Source of the DNA: Eledone cirrhosa | Taxonomy: Eukaryota | Assembly: GCA_964016885.1 (NCBI GenBank) | Contig: OZ024741.1 | Coordinates: 354,082,001 to 354,146,000, forward strand | DNA length: 64,000 nucleotides | Direction of reading: 5' to 3' | Shown here: positions 53,500 through 64,000 of the stretch, piece after piece | How positions within the stretch are numbered: position 1 is the stretch's first letter | How the letters are laid out: each line of letters begins with the position of its first letter | Notes under the pieces: model-generated | What the model was told of the DNA's origin: nothing | What the model saw: the letters and a program-made list of their open reading frames with translations, nothing else | The model's database searches: none | Position numbers and translations under genes: made by a program

Positions 53500-56400
53500 A
53501 AACAGAAATGCCACCACCAACAACAATAACAATACTAGTGCAGCATTACCACAACCTAAAATACTATCAGCCACCAATAACTGAACTATCTCATGTCGGT
53601 CACTTACAACAACACTATTATTCCATTGCCACGAAGAGCAACACGACCATACAACTACCACCACCAATAACACTACCACACCACTGCCACTTACAACAAC
53701 ACTACGACACCACTGCAACCACCAATAACACTACGACGGCACTGCAACCAATAACAACACTACCACACCACTATAACAAACAGCTCTATCATATCACGAG
53801 CACCAACACAAACATTATCACACCACTTCCACCAACAACAACACTAAAACAAACATTATCACAAGACTGCCAACACTACCACCAATAAAACTACCACACC
53901 ACTACCACCGACAACACTACCACACCACTACCACCGACAACACTACCACACCACTAGCACCGACAACATTACCATACCATTACCACCAATAAAACTACCA
54001 CACCACTACCACCGACAACATTACCACAGCACTAGCACCGACAACACTACCACACCACTAGCACCGACAACATTACCACACCACTAGCACCGACAACACT
54101 ACCACACCACTAGCACCGACAACACTACCACACCACTAGCACCGACAACACTACCACACCACTAGCACCGACAACACTACCACACCACTAGCACCGACAA
54201 CACTACCACACCACTAGCACCGACAACACTACCACACCACTAGCACCGACAACACTACCATACCATTACCACCATTAACACTACCACACCACTAGCACCG
54301 ACAACACTACCACACCACTAGCACCGACAACACTACCACACCACTAGCACCGACAACACTACCACACCACTAGCACCGACAACACTACCACACCACTAGC
54401 ACCGACAACATTACCATACCATTACCACCATTAACACTACCAAACCACTAGCACCGACAACACTACCACACTACTAGCACCGACAACACTACCACACCAC
54501 TAGCACCGACAACACTACCACACCACTAGCACCGACAACACTACCACACCACTAGCACCGACAACACTACCACACCACTAGCACCGACAACATTACCATA
54601 CCATTACCACCATTAACACTACCACACCACTAGCACCGACAACACTACCACATCACTACCACCGACAACACTACCACACCACTAGCACCGACAACACTAC
54701 CACACCACTAGCACCGACAACACTACCACACTACTAGCACCGACAACACTACCACACCACTAGCACCGACAACACTACCACACCACTAGCACCGACAACA
54801 CTACCACATCACTACCACCGACAACACTACCACACCACTAGCACCGACAACACTACCACACCACTAGCACCGACAACACTACCACACTACTAGCACCGAC
54901 AACACTACCACACCACTAGCACCGACAACACTACCACACCACTAGCACCGACAACACTACCACACCACTAGCACCGACAACACTACCACACCACTAGCAC
55001 CGACAACATTACCATACCATTACCACCATTAACACTACCAAACCACTAGCACCGACAACACTACCACACCACTAGCACCGACAACACTACCACACCACTA
55101 GCACCGACAACATTACCATACCATTACCACCATTAACACTACCACACCACTAGCACCGACAACACTACCACACCACTAGTACCGACAACACTACCACACC
55201 ACTAGCACCGACAACACTACCACACCACTAGCACCGACAACATTACCATACCATTACCACCATTAACACTACCACACCACTAGCACCGACAACACTACCA
55301 CATCACTACCACCGACAACACTACCACACCACTAGCACCGACAACACTACCACACCACTAGCACCGACAACACTACCACACCACTACCACCGACAACACT
55401 ACCACACCACAACCACCGACAACATTACCATACCATTACCACCGACAACACTACCACACCATTACCACCAATAAAACTACCACACCACTACCACCGACAA
55501 CACTACCACACCACAAACACCGACAACACTACCACACCACAAACACCGACAACGCTACCACACCACAACCACCAACAACACTACCACACCATTACCACCA
55601 ATAAAACTACCACACCACAACCACCGACAACACTACCACACCACTACCACCGACAACACTACCACACCACAACCACCGACAACACTACCACACCACAACA
55701 ACCGACAAAATTACCACACCATTACCACCAATAAAACTACCACAACACAACCACCGACAACACTACCACACCACTAGCACCGACAACATTACCACACCAT
55801 TACCACCAATAAAACTACCACACCACAACCACCGACAACACTACCACACCACAACAACCGACAAAATTACCACACCATTACCACCAATAAAACTACCACA
55901 ACACAACCACCGACAACACTACCACACCACTAGCACCGACAACATTACCACACCATTACCACCAATAAAACTACCACAACACAACCACCGACAACACTAC
56001 CACACCACTAGCACCGACAACATTACCACACCATTACCACCAATAAAACTACCACACCACAACCACCGACAACACTACCACACCACAACAACCGACAAAA
56101 TTACCACACCATTACCACCCATAAAACTACCACAACACAACCACCGACAACACTACCACACCACTAGCACTGACAACATTACCACACCATTACCACCAAT
56201 AAAACTACCACAACACAACCACCGACAACATTACCACACCACAACCACCGACAACACTACCACACCACTAGCACCGACAACATTACCACACCATTACCAC
56301 CAATAAAACTACCACACCACAACCACCGACAACACTACCACACCACTAGCACCGACGACATTACCATACCATTACCACCAATAAAACTACCACACCACAA

Positions 56401-59400
56401 CCACCGACAACACTACCACACCACAACCAGCGACAACATTAACATACCATTACCACCAATAAAACTACCACACCACTGCAACCAATAACAACACGACCAC
56501 ACCACTACCACCACCAATAAACCTACCACACCACTACCTCCAACAACACTACCACACCACTAGCACCAACACCACTACCACACCACTACCACCAACAACA
56601 CTATCACACCACTACCACCAACAACACTACCACACCACTACCACCAACATCACTATCACACCACTACCACCAACAAAACTACCACACCACTACCACCAAC
56701 AACACCACTACCACACCACTACCACCAACAACACCACTACCACACCACTACCACCAACACCACCACCATACCACTACCACCAACAACACCACTACCACAC
56801 CACTACCACCAACAACACCACTATCACACCACTACCACCAACACCACTACCACAAACAACACTATCACACCACTACCACCAACACCACTATCACACCACT
56901 ACCACCAACACCACTATCACACCACTACCACCAACACCACTACCACCAACACCACTATCACACCCCTACCACCAACAACACTATCACACCACTACCACCA
57001 ACACCACTACCACACCACTGCCACCAATACCACTACCACCAACAACACTACCACACCACTACCACCAACAACACCACTACCACACCACTACCATAAATAC
57101 CACTACCACACCACTACCACCACCAACAACACTATCACACCGCTACCACCAACACCACTACCACACCACTACCACCAACACCACTATCACACCACGACTA
57201 CCAACAACACTACCACACCATTACCACCACCAACACTATCACACCACTACCACCGACAACATTACCACAGCACTACCACCGACAACACTACCACACCACA
57301 ACCACCGACAACACTACCACACCACAACCACCGACAAAATTACCACACCATTACCACCAATAAAACTACCACACCACAACCACCGACAACATTACCACAC
57401 CACTAGCACCGACAACATTACCATACCATTACCACCAATAAAACTACCACACCACAACCACCGACAACACTACCACACCACAACCACCGACAACACTACC
57501 ACACCACAACCACCGACAAAATTACCACACCATTACCACCAATAAAACTACCACACCACAACCACCGACAACATTACCACACCACTAGCACCGACAACAC
57601 TACCACACCATTACCACCAATAAAACTACCACACCACAACCACCGACAACACTACCACACCACAACCACCAACAACATTACCATGCCATTACCACCAATA
57701 AAACTACCACAACACAACCACCGACAACACTACCACACCACTACCACCAACACCACTACCACACCACTACCACCAACAACACCACTACCACACCACAACC
57801 AGCGACAACATTACCATACCATTACCACCAATAAAACTACCACACCACTGCAACCAATAACAACACGACCACACCACTACCACCACCAATAAACCTACCA
57901 CACCACTACCTCCAACAACACTACCACACCACTAGCACCAACACCACTACCACACCACTACCACCAACAACACTACCACACCACTAGCACCAACAACACC
58001 ACTACCACACCACTACCACCAACACCACTATCACACCACTACCACCAACAACACCACTATCACACCACTACCACCAACACCACTACCACCAACAACACTA
58101 TCACACCACTACCACCAACACCACTATCACACCACTACCACCAACACCACTATCACACCACTACCACCAACACCACTATCACACCACTACCACCAACACC
58201 ACTATCACACCACTACCACCAACACCACTATCACACCACTACCACCAACACCACTACCACCAACACCACTATCACACCACAACCACCAACAACACTATCA
58301 CACCACTACCACCAACACCACTACCACACCACTGCCACCAATACCACTACCACCAACAACACTACCACACCACTACCACCAACAACACCACTACCACACC
58401 ACTACCATAAATACCACTACCACACCACTACCACCAACACCACTACCACCAACACCACTATCACACCACTACCACCAACAACACTACCACACCACTTGCA
58501 CCAACACCTCTATCACACCACTACCACTAATACCACCACTATCACACCATTACCACCAATAAAACTACCACACCACTGCAACCAATAACAACACGACCAC
58601 ACCACTACCACCACCAATAAACCTACCACACCACTACCACCAACAACACTATCTCACCACTACCACCAACACCACTATCACACCACTACCACCAACAACA
58701 CTATCACACCATTACCACCAACAACACTACCACACCACTACCACCAACACCACTATCACACCACTACCACCAACACCACTATCACACCACTACCACCAAC
58801 ACCACTACCACCAACACCACTATCACACCAGTACCACCAACACCACTATCACACCACTACTACCAACACCACTATCACACCACTACCACCAACAACACTA
58901 CCACACCACTACCACCAACACCACTATCACACCACTACCACCAACACCACTATCACACCACTACCACCAACACCACTATCACACCACTACCACCAACAAC
59001 ACTATCACACCACTACCACCAACACCACTATCACACCACTACCACCAACACCACTATCACACCATTATCACCAACAACACTACCACACCACTACCACCAA
59101 CATCACTATCACACCACTACCACCAACAACACTACCACACCAATACCACCAACAACACCACTACCACACCACTACCACCAACAACACCACTACCACACCA
59201 CTACCACCAACACCACTACCACACCACTACCACCAACAACACCACTACCACACCACTACCACCAACAACACCACTATCACACGACTACCACCAACACCAC
59301 TATCACACCACTACCACCAACACCACTAGCACACCACTACCACCAACACCACTATCACACCACTACCACCAACACCACTATCACACCACTACCACCAACA

Positions 59401-62400
59401 CCACTATCACACCACTACCACCAACACCACTACCACCAACACCACTATCACACCACTACCACCAACAACACTATCACACCACTACCACCAACACCACTAC
59501 CACACCACTGCCACCAATACCACTACCACCAACAACACTACCACACCACTACCACCAACAACACCACTACCACACCACTACCATAAATACCACTACCACA
59601 CCACTACCACCACCAACAACACTATCACACCACTACCACCAACACCACTACCACACCACTACCACCAACACCACTATCACACCACTACTACCAACAACAC
59701 CACCACACCATTACCACCACCAACCCTATCACACCACTACCACCAACAACACTATCACACCACTACCACCAACACCACTACCACACCACTGCCACCAATA
59801 CCACTACCACCAACAACACTACCACACCACTACCACCAACAACACCACTACCACACCACTACCACCACCAACAACACTATCACACCACTACCACCAACAC
59901 CACTACCACTACCACCAACACCACTATCACACCACTACTACCAACAACACTACCACACCATTACCACCACCAACACTATCACACCACTACCACCAACAAC
60001 ACTACCACACCACTACCACCGACACCACTACCAGACCACTACCACCAACAACACTACCACACCACTACCACCAACAACACTACCACACCACTACCACCAA
60101 CGCCACTAACACAACACTACCAACAACACTACCACACCACTACCACCAACAACACTACCACACCACTACCACCAACAACACTACCACTCCACTACCACCA
60201 ACAACAGCACAACCACACCACTACCATAAATACCACTACCACACCACTATCACCACCAACAACACTATCACACCACTACCACCAACACCACTACCACACC
60301 ACTACCACCAACACCACTATCACACCACTACTACCAACAACACTACCACACCATTACCACCACCAACACTATCACACCACTACCACCAACAACACTACCA
60401 CACCACTACCACCAACAACACTACCACACCACTACCACCAACACCACTATCACACCTCTACCACCAACAACACTATCACACCACTACCAGCAACACCACT
60501 ACCACACCACTACCACCAACACCACTACCACACCACTACCACCAACAACACCACTACCACAACACTACCACCAACAACACCACTATCACACGACTACCAC
60601 CAACACCACTACCACCAACACCACTATCACACCACTACCACCAACACCACTATCACACCACTACCACCAACACCACTATCACACCACTACCACCAACACC
60701 ACTATCACACCACTACCACCAACACCACTATTACACCACTACCACCAACACCACTATCACACCACTACCACCAACACCACTACCACCAACACCACTATCA
60801 CACCACTACCACCAACAACACTATCACACCACTACCACCAACACCACTACCACACCACTGCAACCAATACCACTACCACCAACAACACTACCACCAACAA
60901 CACCACTACCACACCACTACCACCACCAACAACACTATCACACCACTACCACCAACACCGCTACCACACCACTACCACCAACACCACTATCACACCACTA
61001 CTACCAACAACACTACCACACCATTACCACCACCAACACTATCACACCACTACCACCAACAACACTACCACACCACTACCACCGACACCACTACCAGACC
61101 ACTACCGCCAACAACACTACCACACCACTACCACCAACACCACTACCACAACACTACCAACAACACTACCACACCACTACCACCAACAACACTACCACAC
61201 CACTACCACCAACAGCACTACCACTCCACTACCACCAACAACACCACAACCACACCACTACCATAAATACCACTATCACACCACTACCACCAACACCACT
61301 ATCACACCACTACCACCAACACCACTATCACACCACTACCACCAACACCACTATTACACCACTACCACCAACAACACTATCACACCACTACCACCAACAC
61401 CACTACCACCAACACCACTATCACACCACTACCACCAACAACACTATCACACCACTACCACCAACACCACTACCACACCACTGCAACCAATACCACTACC
61501 ACCAACAACACTACCACACCACTACCACCAACAACACCACTACCACACCACTACCACCACCAACAACACTATCACACCACTACCACCAACACCGCTACCA
61601 CACCACTACCACCAACACCACTATCACACCACTACTACCAACAACACTACCACACCATTACCACCACCAACACTATCACACCACTACCACCAACAACACT
61701 ACCACACCACTACCACCGACACCACTACCAGACCACTACCGCCAACAACACTACCACACCACTACCACCAACAACACTACCACACCACTACCACCAACAC
61801 CACTACCACAACACTACCAACAACACTACCACACCACTACCACCAACAACACTACCACACCACTACCACCAACAGCACTACCACTCCACTACCACCAACA
61901 ACACCACAACCACACCACTACCATAAATACCACTACCACACCACTACCACCACCAACAACACTATCACACCACTACCACCAACACCACTACCACACCACT
62001 ACCACCAACACCACTATCACACCACTACTACCAACAACACTACCACACCATTACCACCACCAACACTATCACACCACTACCACCAACAACACTACCACAC
62101 CACTACCACCAACACCACTATCACACCTCTACCACCAACAACACTATCACACCACTACCACCAACAACACTACCACACCACTACCACCAACAACACTACC
62201 ACACCACTACCACCAACACCACTATCACACCACTACCACTAATACCACCACTATCACACCATTACCACCAATAAAACTACCACACCACTACCACCACCAA
62301 TAAACCTACCACACCACTACCACCAACACCACTATCACATCACTACCACCAACACCACTATCACACCATTACCACCAACAACACTACCACACCACTACCA

Positions 62401-64000
62401 CCAACACCACTATCACACCACTACCACCAACACCACTATCACACCACTACCACCAACACCACTACCACCAACACCACTATCACACCAGTACCACCAACAC
62501 CACTATCACACCACTACTACCAACACCACTATCACACCACTACCACCAACAACACTACCACACCACTACCACCAACACCACTATCACACCACTACCACCA
62601 ACACCACTATCACACCACTACCACCAACAACACCACTACCACACCATTACCACCAACAACACTACCACACCACTACCACCAACACCACTATCACACCACT
62701 ACCACCAACACCACTATCACACCACTACCACCAACACCACTACCACCAACACCACTATCACACCAGTACCACCAACACCACTATCACACCACTACTACCA
62801 ACACCACTATCACACCACTACCACCAACAACACTACCACACCACTACCACCAACACCACTATCACACCACTACCACCAACACCACTATCACACCACTACC
62901 ACCAACACCACTACCACCAACACCACTATCACACCACTACCACCAACAACACTATCACACCACTACCACCAACACCACTATCACACCACTACCACCAACA
63001 CCACTACCACCAACACCACTACCACCAACACCACTATCACACCATTACCACCAACAACATTACCACACCACTACCACCAACACCACTACCACCAACACCA
63101 CTATCACACCATTACCACCAACAACACTACCACACCACTACCACCAACACCACTATCACACCACTACCACCAACAACACTACCACACCACTACCACCAAC
63201 ACCACTATCACACCACTACCACCAACACCACTATCACACCACTACCACCAACACCACTACCACCAACACCACTATCACACCACTACCACCAACAACACTA
63301 TCACACCACTACCACCAACACCACTATCACACCACTACCACCAACACCACTACCACCAACACCACTATCACACCATTACCACCAACAACACTACCACACC
63401 ACTACCACCAACACCACTATCACACCACTACCACCAACAACACTATCACACCACTACCACCAACACCACTATCACACCACTACCACCAACACCACTACCA
63501 CCAACACCACTATCACACCACTACTACCAACAACACTACCACACCATTACCACCACCAACACTATCACACCACTACCACCAACAACACTACCACACCACT
63601 ACCACCAACACCACTACCACACCACTACCACCAACAACACTACCACAACACTACCACCAACACCACTATCACACCACTACCACCAACACCACTATCACAC
63701 CACTACCACCAACACCACTATCACACCACTACCACCAACACCACTACCACCAACACCACTATCACACCACTACCACCAACACCACTATCACACCACTACC
63801 ACCAACACCACTACCACCAACACCACTATCACACCACTACCACCAACAACACTATCACACCACTACCACCAACACCACTATCACACCAGTACCACCAACA
63901 ACACTACCACACCACTACCACCAACAACACTACCACACCACTACCACCAACACCACTATCACACCACTACCACTAATACCACCACTACCACACCACTACC
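53500..64000. repeat. ACC-rich satellite with ~26-bp unit, extending beyond the window
   Basis: Units CACTACCACACCACTAGCACCGACAA (54-55.3 kb) and CACCACTATCACACCACTACCACCAA (after 56.5 kb). Degenerate at 53500-53900. Confidence 0.95.

Noticed and set aside
53500-64000. Thr/Pro-rich mucin exon or canonical telomere
   Set aside because: The 26-bp unit is not a multiple of 3 and TAG/TAA stops recur as frames shift; no TTAGGG repeats.

Overview
Gene-free, repeat-saturated animal genomic DNA, probably a cephalopod such as Octopus (inferred from the extreme (TA)n/(TG)n/(ACAT)n microsatellite load and the tRNA-derived SINE types). No host protein-coding exon is recognisable. The main feature is a ~14-kb head-to-tail array (12684-26720) of a young R4/Dong-clade non-LTR retrotransposon (RT, CCHC, restriction-like endonuclease) embedded in (AAT)n. 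It has two full-length copies with intact 1130-aa ORFs and two identically 5'-truncated copies, one of which is a recombinant. A pseudoknot-like RNA fold lies just upstream of the ORF. Around it are Penelope-like elements and orphan ends carrying up to seven hammerhead ribozyme motifs (about four convincing), a Tx1/L1-type family flanked by (TCTA)n, a second R4-like family inside (ACAT)n, RTE elements and RTE-derived non-autonomous elements (one a fold-back palindrome), nested hAT/piggyBac MITEs, SINEs, a 54/32-bp minisatellite and a >10-kb 26-bp ACC-rich satellite. Overall the window looks like a set of retroelements that each use a different microsatellite motif. Family assignments come from motif recognition by eye, without database searches.
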